A DNA stretch of 64,000 nt from Calditrichaceae bacterium (GCA_013360445.1 JABWBP010000016.1:56404-120403); one strand, 5' to 3'. Shown: positions 40,555 to 49,957, counted from the stretch's first letter. Notes: a model not told the origin generated them from the letters alone. A program made the numbers and translations.

Positions 40555-42588
40555 ATGAAATGCTGGTTATGGTTTGGCATAATGGTTTTATTCCTGGCCG
40601 CGCCATTGTTCGGCCAGGCCCGGCGGATCGTGTTATTAGAAGAGGCGACCAACGCAAGCTGCGCCCCCTGCGCGGCGAACAATCCCAATTTACAGGCTTT
40701 TTTTTCCACCCATTTCGGGGGAGTGGTTTCGGTTCGCTACCATGCCTGGTGGCCGGGCTACGATCCCATGTATCAATTGAACACCGGCGACAATACCGCC
40801 CGGATCAACTATTACGGCATCAGCGGGGTGCCCAATTATATGCTCGACGGGGCGAATTACGGCGTGCCCGGCGACCCGGCTTTTATGGCGGTGCAGATGC
40901 GCAATAACATGGCGCAGGCGTCGCCGGTCAAAATCGCGGTATCGGCCAATATCAGCGCCGGCGAGTTGGTCGCGGATATCAAGGTGATCGCCCTGGCAAA
41001 CGTTACCCCGGCGAATCTATGGCTGCGCACCGCGGTCATCGAACGTATGGTGGTTTACGCCAACCCTCCCGGCAGCAATGGGGAAAGAGATTTCCCGGAT
41101 GTGCTGCGCAAACTGCTCCCGGATCCCGCCGGCATGGCAATTCCCGCCCTGAACGCCGGCGACACCCTCAGTTATCAATTGACCACCCCGGTCAACCCGG
41201 CCTGGAACTGGCCCGACCTGGCGGTGGTCTCCTGGCTGCAATCCGACGCTACCCAAGAGGTTCTCCAGGCGAACATCAGCCTGCCTACTTTCATTGTGGA
41301 AACCGCCGATCCCCTGGCGGATCTCCTGGATCCCAACCAGGCGGTAACGAAATCGCTGCACGTTCTCAATGACAACCCTCAGCCGGTGAATCTCAATATC
41401 GCCGTAAACGCGCTGCAAATCTCCCCGGGGTGGTCCTACAGCCTGCTGTACAATGGCGCGGCGGTGGATTCGATCGCCATTACCCTGGCGCCCAATGAAA
41501 CCCTCAACTTCGAATTGGAGGTACTGGCGGGGCCGGAGGATGGATCGATCAAACTGAGCGTATTGGCAAAAAACCAGGATGACCCCTACGGATACGGCTA
41601 CGCGGTCGATTACTTCGGATTGATCCTCTCCGGGGAGGTGCTTTTTGTGGATGACGACGGCGGGGAGAATTACGAATACTACTATTACGCCGCATTCGAC
41701 AGCGCCGGGATCGCTTATACCAGCGTCGAACAATCCGCCCTGGCGCTGTTAGCATACGCCATACCCGCCGGGCAGTTTGCCGCAGTGGTATGGAACGTTT
41801 CCTGGGGATTTCCGGCGCTCACGCCGGAGGACGTGGCCTTTTTGAGCGCGTACCTGGATAGCGGGGGCAACCTTTTCATTGCCGGGCAGGACATCGGCTG
41901 GGATATCTTCGATCCCAGCGGCAGCAGCAATTTCCCCGCGGCGCAGAGTTTTTACCATACCTATTTAGACGCCAACTACCTCAGCGACAACGCCGCGGTG
42001 TACGCCATGCAGGGCATTCCCGGCGATCCGATCACCGACGGGCTGGCTTTCAATATTAACACGATTTATTCCCGCTACCCGGAGCAGATTTCCAGTTTTT
42101 CCGGCAACGGGGCTTTGATCTTGAAATATACCAATTCCAGCAAATACGGCGCGATCCGCTATGACAGCGGGAATTATATGACCGTGTACTCAGGCGTCGG
42201 GCTGGAGCAAATGTCCGATTCTCACGCCCGCATCGCCATCGTTGGCCGCGCCCTGAACTGGTTCGGCATTAGCGGGGTGGGCATCGATCCCGAACCGGGG
42301 GCGGCTCCGCAGGAGCTGTTTCTGGCGCAAAACTATCCCAATCCTTTCAATCCCTCTACCGCTATTCGTTTCGGGCTGCCTCAAAACGGCGAGGTTCGGC
42401 TCACGATTTACAATATCCTGGGTGAGAGAGTGGCCGAGTTAGCGAACGGAACCCTTCCCGCGGGGCAATACACTTACACCTGGGATGGCCGGAACCACAA
42501 CGGCCGGCCGGTCGCCTCAGGCATGTATTTCTACCGTTTAGAAAGCGAAGGGAAAATATTTCAGAAGAAAATGTTGCTGGTGCGATGA
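40555..42588 (+). CDS. Secreted protein with T9SS (Por) C-terminal sorting domain; N-terminal domain of unknown function with CAPC motif
   Basis: Signal peptide. C-terminal about 80 aa (NYPNPFNPSTAIRFGLPQNGEVRLTIYNILGERV...GMYFYRLESEGK...KKMLLVR) match the T9SS CTD consensus. Confidence 0.75.
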   Translation: MKCWLWFGIMVLFLAAPLFGQARRIVLLEEATNASCAPCAANNPNLQAFFSTHFGGVVSVRYHAWWPGYDPMYQLNTGDNTARINYYGISGVPNYMLDGANYGVPGDPAFMAVQMRNNMAQASPVKIAVSANISAGELVADIKVIALANVTPANLWLRTAVIERMVVYANPPGSNGERDFPDVLRKLLPDPAGMAIPALNAGDTLSYQLTTPVNPAWNWPDLAVVSWLQSDATQEVLQANISLPTFIVETADPLADLLDPNQAVTKSLHVLNDNPQPVNLNIAVNALQISPGWSYSLLYNGAAVDSIAITLAPNETLNFELEVLAGPEDGSIKLSVLAKNQDDPYGYGYAVDYFGLILSGEVLFVDDDGGENYEYYYYAAFDSAGIAYTSVEQSALALLAYAIPAGQFAAVVWNVSWGFPALTPEDVAFLSAYLDSGGNLFIAGQDIGWDIFDPSGSSNFPAAQSFYHTYLDANYLSDNAAVYAMQGIPGDPITDGLAFNINTIYSRYPEQISSFSGNGALILKYTNSSKYGAIRYDSGNYMTVYSGVGLEQMSDSHARIAIVGRALNWFGISGVGIDPEPGAAPQELFLAQNYPNPFNPSTAIRFGLPQNGEVRLTIYNILGERVAELANGTLPAGQYTYTWDGRNHNGRPVASGMYFYRLESEGKIFQKKMLLVR

Positions 42589-42619
42589 GCGGGGGCGTTA
42601 CGACGGTGAAATGTGGCAA

Positions 42620-42680
42620 AAAGTGAAACGTGAAGCGTGAAACGTGATTTCACGCTTCACGTTTTACGTTTCACGCCTTA
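42620..42680. terminator. Bidirectional hairpin (AAACGTGAAGCGTGAAACGTGATTTCACGCTTCACGTTT) between convergent genes
   Basis: 17-bp perfect arms. Lies between the stop codons of 40555-42588 (+) and 42686-43618 (-). Member of the CGTGAAACG palindrome family. Confidence 0.55.
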
Positions 42681-42685
42681 AAATT

Positions 42686-43618
42686 TTACAGCGTCAGTTC
42701 CATGCCTTCGACCGCGAGCAGCGTCTGCGCAAAGCGCTCCCGGGCCTTTTTTTCGATGGCGCGGAGTTTTTCATCATCGTAGCGGGGATCGTGGTGAACC
42801 AGCACCAATTTCTTCACTTCTGCTTTTTCCGCTACTTCGCAGGCCATCTCGTAAGTGCTGTGCCCGAATCCCTGCATCATTCCATATTCCCCGGGATCGT
42901 ACTGGGCGTCGTGGAGCAGAATATCCGCGCCTTTGGCAAATTTGATCAAACGCTGATCTCCCCCTGCAAATCCCTCGGTATCCGTGGCAATTACCAGGAT
43001 CGCCCCGGCGGCGGTTTCGAAGCGGTAGAAAAAGGAGCCGCCTTTGGGGTGGGTGTAATTCCTCATAGAGGTAATCCGGGAGAGCCAGTCCGGCTCGATC
43101 TTTTCGATGAGCGGGCGCAGCTCGAAGCGATCTTTATAGAGATAGATGGCTTTGTTTTCTGCCATTTCGTGGAAATTCGCCCGGAAGGGCAAATCTTCAA
43201 TCCCGACCGGGAAAAATGGCGGATGCACAAAGGTGCGCACCGCCTCCTCTAACTTGTAATCCAAAATCTGCGGCCCAATGAAGTGAACGTCGGATTTGGG
43301 AGAATACAGCGGGGCAAAAAAAGGCAACCCCGCCAGGTGGTCGATGTGCATGTGGGTAAAGAGAAGATAGACAGGCCATTCCGCCCGGTCGGCGCGTTCC
43401 CGCTGAAGCTCTTTGAGCAGCTCCCCGCCGCAGTTGATGATCCCGGAGCCGGCATCGACGATGAGAATCTGCTCGCCTAAGTCAACCCGGAAACAGGTGG
43501 TATTCACTCCGAAGGAAGTGCCGTGATTACTGGTGGATGAGTAGCTCCCCCTCGCTCCGTAAATTCGTACTCGCAACGCTGGTTTCGACATTCCTGTTCC
43601 TTTTCGCAGTCCTTGCAA
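42686..43618 (-). CDS. MBL-fold metallo-hydrolase
   Basis: HxHxDH motif (FTHMHIDHLAG) and downstream His/Asp ligands. About 300 aa. Confidence 0.8.
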   Translation of the reverse strand: MQGLRKGTGMSKPALRVRIYGARGSYSSTSNHGTSFGVNTTCFRVDLGEQILIVDAGSGIINCGGELLKELQRERADRAEWPVYLLFTHMHIDHLAGLPFFAPLYSPKSDVHFIGPQILDYKLEEAVRTFVHPPFFPVGIEDLPFRANFHEMAENKAIYLYKDRFELRPLIEKIEPDWLSRITSMRNYTHPKGGSFFYRFETAAGAILVIATDTEGFAGGDQRLIKFAKGADILLHDAQYDPGEYGMMQGFGHSTYEMACEVAEKAEVKKLVLVHHDPRYDDEKLRAIEKKARERFAQTLLAVEGMELTL

Positions 43619-43622
43619 AAAT

Positions 43623-44177
43623 TTATTGGCGGGATTCTAATTTCTTGATGTCATCTCTGAGCTTGGCGGCTCGTTCATAGTCTTCTTTATCGACCGCTTC
43701 CTGCAATTCCCGTCTCAGGTTCTCCAGGCGATCGTGGCTGGGATCGATGCGCCGTTCCTCCACGTCTTGAAATTCATCGGCGCTGTAAGCGCCCTTACGC
43801 ATCACGTCTTCTTCTACAAAGATTTGAACACCCTGCCGCACCGCCAGGGCCAGGGCGTCGCTGGGCCGGGCGTCGATTTCGAGTAATTCCGACCTGCGCC
43901 GAAGTTGTATAATCGCATAATAGGTATTATTCCTTAAGTCCGAAATAATGATGCGTTCGATCTGCGCCTCCAGGGTTTCCAACAAATTCAGTACCAGGTC
44001 GTGAGTAATAGGTCGCGGAGGCGTGATGTTCTCCAGTCCCAGCGCGATGGATTGCGCCTCGTATTCTCCAATAATGATCGGAAGGGTTCGATCGCCGTCC
44101 AATTCCTTTAAAATTACCCCGCTGGCCTGGGACTGCGTCAAAAACAACCCGTTAATTTTTACTTCGATCATTTGCAC
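43623..44177 (-). CDS. Bifunctional nuclease family protein (DUF151) with C-terminal UVR motif
   Basis: DUF151 core (ILKELDGDRTLPIIIGEYEAQSIALGLE...RPITHDL). C-terminal UvrB/UvrC-like helix LRRELQEAVDKEDYERAAKLRDDIKKLE. Confidence 0.7.
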   Translation of the reverse strand: MQMIEVKINGLFLTQSQASGVILKELDGDRTLPIIIGEYEAQSIALGLENITPPRPITHDLVLNLLETLEAQIERIIISDLRNNTYYAIIQLRRRSELLEIDARPSDALALAVRQGVQIFVEEDVMRKGAYSADEFQDVEERRIDPSHDRLENLRRELQEAVDKEDYERAAKLRDDIKKLESRQ

Positions 44178-44383
44178 CTCAAATCAAATTGACTATGGGT
44201 TTATTTTGTCGAATGATGGTCATTTAATCTTCCCATCAATGATTTTGGCCATAGAACAATCAGCTTTTTACAATAACACCGATGCGCTAATTTAAATATG
44301 ATCCAAATCAATTTCAACGCGATAATCTAATACCTGCGGGCTGAAATCAAAAGGGTTAATCGGAAATTTTTGGGGGAGGCGGC

Positions 44384-44500
44384 GCAGTAGGCAGTAGGCA
44401 ATAGGCAGTAACCAGCAGCAGTGGGCAATAAACAGGAGCAAGGTTAAGAGGGTGAAGGTAAAATTGCTTACTGCTTACTGCCTACTCCCTACTCCCTCCG
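44384..44500. repeat. Inverted arms CAGTAGGCAGTAGGCAATAGGCAGTAA ... TTGCTTACTGCTTACTGCCTACTCCCTACTCCC (same family as 35970-36020)
   Basis: GGCAGTAGGCAATAGGCA is the reverse complement of TGCCTATTGCCTACTGCC at 35980-36020. A related GTAGGCGATAGGCAGTTGGCA lies at 51125-51150. Confidence 0.55.
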
Positions 44501-44508
44501 GCAACTCG

Positions 44509-45636
44509 CTAACTTCCCAGCACATCTTCATAAAGTTGGATATATTGCGGGATGATGGAATCGGCGTGGAAATTTTCTAAGGCCCGCTTCCGGGCTTGCT
44601 GAGAAAGGGTTTCTTTCAAGGAAGGATTGCTCAAAATTTGCAGCACCTGGCTGCTCATCTGCTCCACGTCTCCCACGGGCGCCAGAAAGCCGGTCTCGCC
44701 GTGGATATTCAACTCCGGCAAACCCCCGGCGTTGCTGCTGATGCACGGCAATCCGCAGGCCATCGCTTCCAATGCCGCCAGCCCGAAACTCTCGGTCTGG
44801 CTGGGCATCAGGAAAATATCCCCTAAGGAGAGGAAAAAATAGACCTCTTCCTGCTTGCCCAGGAAAATGGTGCTTTTTTCGATTCCCAGGTCGCGCACGG
44901 TTTTTTCCGCAAGGGAGCGCTCCGGCCCGTCGCCGATCAATACTAAGCGAACCGGCATCCGGTCCAATACCCGCCGGGTAATCTGGATGGTATCCAAAAC
45001 GCGCTTCACAGGGCGAAAATTGGAAAGGTGTATCAGGATCGGTTCCCCGTTCGGGGCATATTTGCTTCGTAACTGCCGGCAAATGTTCTGCTGGTCGCGC
45101 TCTTCTTTTATAAAATTATAGATTACCCGAATGGGAACCGTGGGATTGAAGGTTTTGATGGTTTCGTTCTTCAAGAACTCGGAGACCGTGGTAACGGCGT
45201 CGCTGCGGTTTATTCCGTAGCGGGTAATGCGCATAAAGGAGGGATCGGCGCCCACCAGGGTAATGTCGGTGCCGTGCAGGGTGGTGATGATTTTTAAGCG
45301 GTGCTGGTCGCGGATCATTTCCCGGGCCAGGTAGGCCGAAACCGCGTGGGGAATGGCGTAGTGGGCGTGAATCAAGTCTAACTTTTCATGGATGGCGATA
45401 TCCGCCATTTTGGTCGCCAGGGAAAGGGAGTACGGGGGATATTCGAATAAAGGATACTCAGGAACTTTGACTTCGTGGAAAAGGATATTGGGATCGAATG
45501 AATCATTCAAACGGTGAGGCAGGGCGTAAGCGATGAAATGAACTTCGTGCCCCCGCTGGGCCAGGCTCTTTCCCAGTTCGGTGGCCACGATGCCGCTGCC
45601 GCCATAGGTCGGATAACAAGAAATGCCTATTTTCAT
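44509..45636 (-). CDS. bshA: N-acetyl-alpha-D-glucosaminyl L-malate synthase (bacillithiol biosynthesis GT4 glycosyltransferase)
   Basis: Near-collinear similarity to B. subtilis BshA: MKIGISCYPTYGGSGIVATELGK, HAHYAIPHA, TTLHGTDIT, ESFGLAALEAMACGLPCI, GGLPEL. Confidence 0.8.
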   Translation of the reverse strand: MKIGISCYPTYGGSGIVATELGKSLAQRGHEVHFIAYALPHRLNDSFDPNILFHEVKVPEYPLFEYPPYSLSLATKMADIAIHEKLDLIHAHYAIPHAVSAYLAREMIRDQHRLKIITTLHGTDITLVGADPSFMRITRYGINRSDAVTTVSEFLKNETIKTFNPTVPIRVIYNFIKEERDQQNICRQLRSKYAPNGEPILIHLSNFRPVKRVLDTIQITRRVLDRMPVRLVLIGDGPERSLAEKTVRDLGIEKSTIFLGKQEEVYFFLSLGDIFLMPSQTESFGLAALEAMACGLPCISSNAGGLPELNIHGETGFLAPVGDVEQMSSQVLQILSNPSLKETLSQQARKRALENFHADSIIPQYIQLYEDVLGS

Positions 45637-47171
45637 ACACTATCCACGGTTTCGTGAATCTCTGCCACGTCAACCACCTTGTTTCTGCCGGTTCTCTTGG
45701 CGTGGTACAACGCTTTATCGGCGTGCAGGATCAGATCCTCTTCGGTGAGGGCGTCTTCCGGGAAGGTGGCTATGCCGATGCTGATGGTCAACTTGCCGTT
45801 GGGTTGAATTTCCTGCCGGAAAAACGCGGTATTCTCCACTTTGATACGGATACGCTCTGCCAGGGTGTGCGCCCCGATTTTCTCCGTCCCGGGCAGGATG
45901 ACGGCGAATTCCTCTCCCCCGTAGCGCGCGACCACGTCGTTGTCGCGCACGGATTTTTTCAGAATCGCGCTCACCTTTCGCAGCACTTCGTCGCCGGCGG
46001 GATGCCCCAGGGTATCATTATAATTTTTGAAGTAATCCACGTCTAAAATCAGCAGGGAGACCGGGGTGTTTTCCCGCCGGGTACGGGCAAACTCTTCCTT
46101 GATCCTCATGCGGAAGAAGCGGTAGTTGTGCAAACCGGTCATTCCGTCGGTGTAGGAAAGCGCCTTGATCTGCTCAAAAGTCCGGGCATTGTTCACCGCC
46201 ACCGCCAGCATGTTCGACAGGATTCCCAACGCTTCCAGGCTATCCTCGGCATATTCTTCGTCTTTGGCATTGGGGCCCAGGCACAGCATCCCGATAATAT
46301 CATCCTCCCGGAACAACGGGCTGATCACTTCCAACTCCAGGGATTTCATTGCCGGGATGATTTCCCGAAATTCCCCCCCCACTTCCTGAATCTTAAACAC
46401 TTTCCTGGCCAATTCCAAATAGTGAAATAACTTGTCATGGCGGTAGAGGCGGAATTTCCGCAGGGCGTCGTTGTGATACCCTTTGTATTCCACCACTTCG
46501 AAAATATCGCTATCGTCCTTATTGACCAGCAACAATACCGCGCTGCGGGCGGAAAATGTTACCAGGATATTGCTCAGCGACTGGCTGACCAGGCCCTGAA
46601 ATTGCAACTGGCTCATCACCCGGTAACTCATGTCGAACAGGCGGTGAAAATCATAGAGTTTTTTCTGGAGTTGCTTGTTAGTCTGCACCAGCACGTGGTT
46701 TAAGCGGCTGATTTGCTGGTTCGCTTCGTTCAACTCTTCGGTTTTATGCACCAGGCGGTCTTGCAGCTTTTTCAAGCGCAGCATATTGTTGATCCGGGCC
46801 ATCAGCTCATCGAACTCGAAGGGTTTGGTAATATAATCGTCCGCTCCCGCTTCCAGCGCGATGACCATGTCGCGGGTTTCTTTTTTAGCGGTCAACATAA
46901 TGATGGGCAGGTAGGAGGCCAGATCCAGGTTGCGAACCCGGCGGGTCGCGCTGATTCCGTCCAACTCCGGCATCATCAAGTCCAAGAGCACCAGGTCCGG
47001 CTGGAACGCCTGAATGCGCTCCACAATTTGTTGGCTGTTCAAACAGCTATCGACCACAAAGCAATATTTTTTCAAATAGGCCGATAGCAGCTTATGAACC
47101 GGCAATTCATCATCCACAATCAGAATTTTATAGGGTTGAACAGGGGTATTTTCATGCATCTCCATCACCAC
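45633..47171 (-). CDS. Response regulator diguanylate cyclase (REC-GAF-GGDEF)
   Basis: REC with phospho-acceptor Asp (LVLLDLMMPELDG). Central GAF-like region. GGDEF A-site RYGGEEF with upstream RxxD-type context. 4-bp overlap with bshA suggests co-transcription. Confidence 0.85.
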   Translation of the reverse strand: MVMEMHENTPVQPYKILIVDDELPVHKLLSAYLKKYCFVVDSCLNSQQIVERIQAFQPDLVLLDLMMPELDGISATRRVRNLDLASYLPIIMLTAKKETRDMVIALEAGADDYITKPFEFDELMARINNMLRLKKLQDRLVHKTEELNEANQQISRLNHVLVQTNKQLQKKLYDFHRLFDMSYRVMSQLQFQGLVSQSLSNILVTFSARSAVLLLVNKDDSDIFEVVEYKGYHNDALRKFRLYRHDKLFHYLELARKVFKIQEVGGEFREIIPAMKSLELEVISPLFREDDIIGMLCLGPNAKDEEYAEDSLEALGILSNMLAVAVNNARTFEQIKALSYTDGMTGLHNYRFFRMRIKEEFARTRRENTPVSLLILDVDYFKNYNDTLGHPAGDEVLRKVSAILKKSVRDNDVVARYGGEEFAVILPGTEKIGAHTLAERIRIKVENTAFFRQEIQPNGKLTISIGIATFPEDALTEEDLILHADKALYHAKRTGRNKVVDVAEIHETVDSV

Positions 47172-47191
47172 GGTCCCTCACAGGTAAGGTT

Positions 47192-47265
47192 AAGCATAGC
47201 GCATGGCGCATAGCGTATAGTACGCGTTGCTGTTCTCTGCTCTTTGCGCTATGCTCCATACGCTT
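47192..47265. repeat. Hairpin repeat CATAGCGCATGGCGCATAGCG ... GCGCTATGCTCCATACGC (family shared with 60117-60206)
   Basis: Arms are inverted complements with 2 mismatches. A near-identical architecture lies at 60117-60206. Confidence 0.55.
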
Positions 47266-47361
47266 TGTCAAATTATCCTTTATATGCGGAGACGAATGTA
47301 GTAAATTTTACGCCATTAAAATTGATTAAAGCGGAAATAATTAACAGGAAAAATTAAATTT

Positions 47362-47793
47362 ATGAGCCTTAGAGCGATTTTTGGACTGGTAATATCGGCT
47401 TTTTGGGTATTTTTTTTAATACTGGCGGGCTGTAAAGACAGCAGCTCCTCCAACGAGCAGGACCAGGATATTTACCCTGACAGCATGTTGAGCTATTCCC
47501 GGCACATCCGCCCCATTTTTTTGGAGGATTGCGCCATGCCGGGAGGCTGCCATCACAGTTCGGTGCGCGAGGGCGGATTAGACCTGGAGAGCGATCCCCC
47601 GGATTTCCAGGGCGATCACGGGCTGGTGGTTATTCCATTTTCTTCCACCGGAAGTTTATTATACCAATTGCTCTTTAACGATGTTAGCGGCATCTCACGC
47701 ATGCCGCCGCCCAATTATAGCTCTTATTTATCGGATCCGAAAATCAAGGCCATCGGCACCTGGATCGATGAAGGCGCCAATCCCAGCAACTGA
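47362..47793 (+). CDS. Lipoprotein with PSCyt1-like (planctomycete cytochrome c family) domain; heme motif degenerate (CAMPGGCH)
   Basis: Signal/lipobox (ILAGCKDSS). Domain signature IRPIF..DC....CH...GGLDL.S...G..VIP......SLLYQ......RMPP....LSD..I..I..WI.EGA.P. The canonical CxxCH is replaced by CX5CH. Confidence 0.55.
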   Translation: MSLRAIFGLVISAFWVFFLILAGCKDSSSSNEQDQDIYPDSMLSYSRHIRPIFLEDCAMPGGCHHSSVREGGLDLESDPPDFQGDHGLVVIPFSSTGSLLYQLLFNDVSGISRMPPPNYSSYLSDPKIKAIGTWIDEGANPSN

Positions 47794-47806
47794 AAGGAAT
47801 TCCCGC

Positions 47807-49138
47807 TTGGCACAGAAAATAGAACCGCGCATTTTCAAGGGCGCCCGCGACTTTCTCCCGCCCCAAATGGTGAGACGAAATTACGTTATCAATATCATCA
47901 AGACCGTATTCGAGAAATACGGCTTCGAGCCTCTGGAAACCCCGGCCATCGAGTTATGGGAAACGCTTGCCGGAAAATACGGCGAAGAGGGCGACCGCCT
48001 TACCTACCGTTTTACGGACCGGGGCGACCGGGAAGTAGGTCTGCGCTACGACCTGACCGTTCCCCTCTCCCGGGTGGTAGCGATGTACCCGCAAATTCCC
48101 AAACCCTTCAAACGCTACCAGATTCAGCCGGTCTGGCGGGCGGATAAACCCCAGAAAGGGCGCTTCCGGGAATTCTACCAGTGCGACGTGGACATCGTCG
48201 GCAGCGCTTCCATGCTCGCCGATGCGGAAATCATCGCCATCATTTACGAAATTTTGAAAATCCTGCGCTTCGAAGAGTTCACCATCCGGGTCAACAGCCG
48301 CAAGGTGCTCTCCGGGATGGTGGAAGTCTCCGGCGCGGGCATGGTAAAGGAATTCGATATCTATCGCGCCATCGACAAGCTCGACAAGATCGGATTCGAA
48401 GGCGTCGCCGAAGAGTTGCGGAAGTTGGCCATCCCGGAAAGCGCGGTGGGCAGGCTGCTGGATATTCTCAAAATCGAAGGAACCTCCGCGCAGCGCCTGG
48501 ACGCCGCCGCCGGGCTGTTAGCCGGAAGCGCCGCCGGGCAACAGGGCGTCGCCGAGCTATCCGCGCTCCTCCAATACCTCTCCCGCTACGAAATTCCCGA
48601 TTCCTGTTTTGCGTTCGATATTTGCCTGGCCCGGGGATTGGATTATTACACCGGCCCGATTTACGAAACCGTGGTGGAAAAACCGCGCATCGGCAGCATT
48701 ACCGGGGGCGGGCGTTACGACAATTTGATCGGGCTGTTTTCCGGGCAAAGCCAGCCCGCCACGGGCAGCTCCGTGGGGCTGGAGCGCATCATCACCGTCA
48801 TGGAAGAACTGGAGATGTTCCCGCCCCATCTGAACACCTCCACCCGGGTGCTGGTGACGGTGTTCAACGAAGAGCTGCTCCCCTACTCCATTCAAATTGC
48901 CGGGAAACTGCGCCAGGCCGGGATCAACACCGATTTGTACACCGGGGTCTCCAAACTGCGCGGGCAATTCGGCCTCGCCAATGATAAAAATATTCCCCTG
49001 GTGGTGGTGGCCGGCCCGGATGAGCAGGCGCAAGGGAGCGCGAACGTTAAAAACATGGCCAGCGGCGAGCAGCAAACCCTTCCCCTGGATGCGCTGGTGG
49101 AACATATCCATTCGATATTGCGGAACGATCAGGATTAG
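47807..49138 (+). CDS. hisS: Histidine--tRNA ligase
   Basis: Class II motifs (RYDLTVPLSRV, FREFYQCDVDIVG, GGGRYDNL) and anticodon-binding domain. TTG start at 47807 (LAQKIEPRIFKGARDFLP). The ORF-track N-terminus overlaps the upstream gene in another frame. Confidence 0.9.
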   Translation: MAQKIEPRIFKGARDFLPPQMVRRNYVINIIKTVFEKYGFEPLETPAIELWETLAGKYGEEGDRLTYRFTDRGDREVGLRYDLTVPLSRVVAMYPQIPKPFKRYQIQPVWRADKPQKGRFREFYQCDVDIVGSASMLADAEIIAIIYEILKILRFEEFTIRVNSRKVLSGMVEVSGAGMVKEFDIYRAIDKLDKIGFEGVAEELRKLAIPESAVGRLLDILKIEGTSAQRLDAAAGLLAGSAAGQQGVAELSALLQYLSRYEIPDSCFAFDICLARGLDYYTGPIYETVVEKPRIGSITGGGRYDNLIGLFSGQSQPATGSSVGLERIITVMEELEMFPPHLNTSTRVLVTVFNEELLPYSIQIAGKLRQAGINTDLYTGVSKLRGQFGLANDKNIPLVVVAGPDEQAQGSANVKNMASGEQQTLPLDALVEHIHSILRNDQD

Positions 49139-49144
49139 CGGTTT

Positions 49145-49537
49145 GTGATGATGGAATCGGGCTTCAAAAAATATTTTACCCCCGCGGAGGCCGCCCAAAC
49201 TCTTCCGCTGGTGAAAAACATCGTCCAGGATATTCTCAATTTAAGCTACGAAATCCACTCCCTGGCCACCATGTTAGGGCAGGAAGCGCAGGCGCACCCC
49301 CAGGTGCTGGGCATGGTGCATCAATTGCGGGAATATTTTGCCGAACTGGAAGAGATCGGCTGCTTTTATAAAGATTGGGGATTTTCGATCGGGTTGGTGG
49401 ATTTTCCGGCGATCATCGAGGGGAAAGAGGTATTCCTGTGCTGGCGCAGCGATGAACCGAAGATCCGTTATTACCACGAGATAGACGCCGGTTACGCCGG
49501 GCGCAGGCCGATTCCGGAAAAATATTTTGCGGAGTAG
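49145..49537 (+). CDS. DUF2203 family protein
   Basis: KKYFTPAEAAQTLPLVKNIVQDI N-terminal block and 130 aa length typical of DUF2203. Confidence 0.65.
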   Translation: MMMESGFKKYFTPAEAAQTLPLVKNIVQDILNLSYEIHSLATMLGQEAQAHPQVLGMVHQLREYFAELEEIGCFYKDWGFSIGLVDFPAIIEGKEVFLCWRSDEPKIRYYHEIDAGYAGRRPIPEKYFAE

Positions 49538-49556
49538 CTTATTGAACCGCCACAGG

Positions 49557-49578
49557 AGTGCAGAATTTATTCTGCACT
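49557..49578. terminator. 22-bp palindrome AGTGCAGAA-TTTA-TTCTGCACT followed by TTTT
   Basis: 9-bp stem, 4-nt loop, T4 tract. 20 bp after the DUF2203 stop. Could be an intrinsic terminator or an operator. Near-identical palindrome at 30223-30244. Confidence 0.4.
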
Positions 49579-49660
49579 TTTAGTGAAAGATGTTAATAAA
49601 GTGCTTGAATCCTTTTCCGGGGTATGAGTACCTTCTCTTCAAAACCGAAAGGGGGTACTC

Positions 49661-49957
49661 ATGCAAACCTACATTTTGATGACCAAGCTATCGCCGGAAC
49701 TGGCCCGGCAGACCAAACAGCGTGCGGAAATCGGGATCGAGTGGCTGGAGCAGGTGAAAAAGAAATGCCCGAAAGTGCGTTTCATCGATCATTACGCCCT
49801 GTTAGGTCCCTACGATTTCTTAGACATCTACGAAGCGCCGGACGCGGAAACCGCCGCCAAGGTCTCCATGATCAGCCTGGCCAACGGGGCGCTGCAAGCG
49901 GAGAGCTGGACCGCCATTCCCTATAAGCGCTTTTTGGAGTTGGCGAAGGAGATTTGA
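49661..49957 (+). CDS. GYD domain protein
   Basis: 98 aa. MQTYILMTKLSPE ... GYD-like fold signature. The start codon and SD are embedded in the hairpin at 49624-49662. Confidence 0.65.
   Translation: MQTYILMTKLSPELARQTKQRAEIGIEWLEQVKKKCPKVRFIDHYALLGPYDFLDIYEAPDAETAAKVSMISLANGALQAESWTAIPYKRFLELAKEI

Noticed and set aside
48181-48984. 267-aa Arg-rich plus-strand ORF
   Set aside because: It is an alternative frame inside hisS. Extreme Arg/Gly/Pro composition is typical of an off-frame in GC-rich coding DNA.
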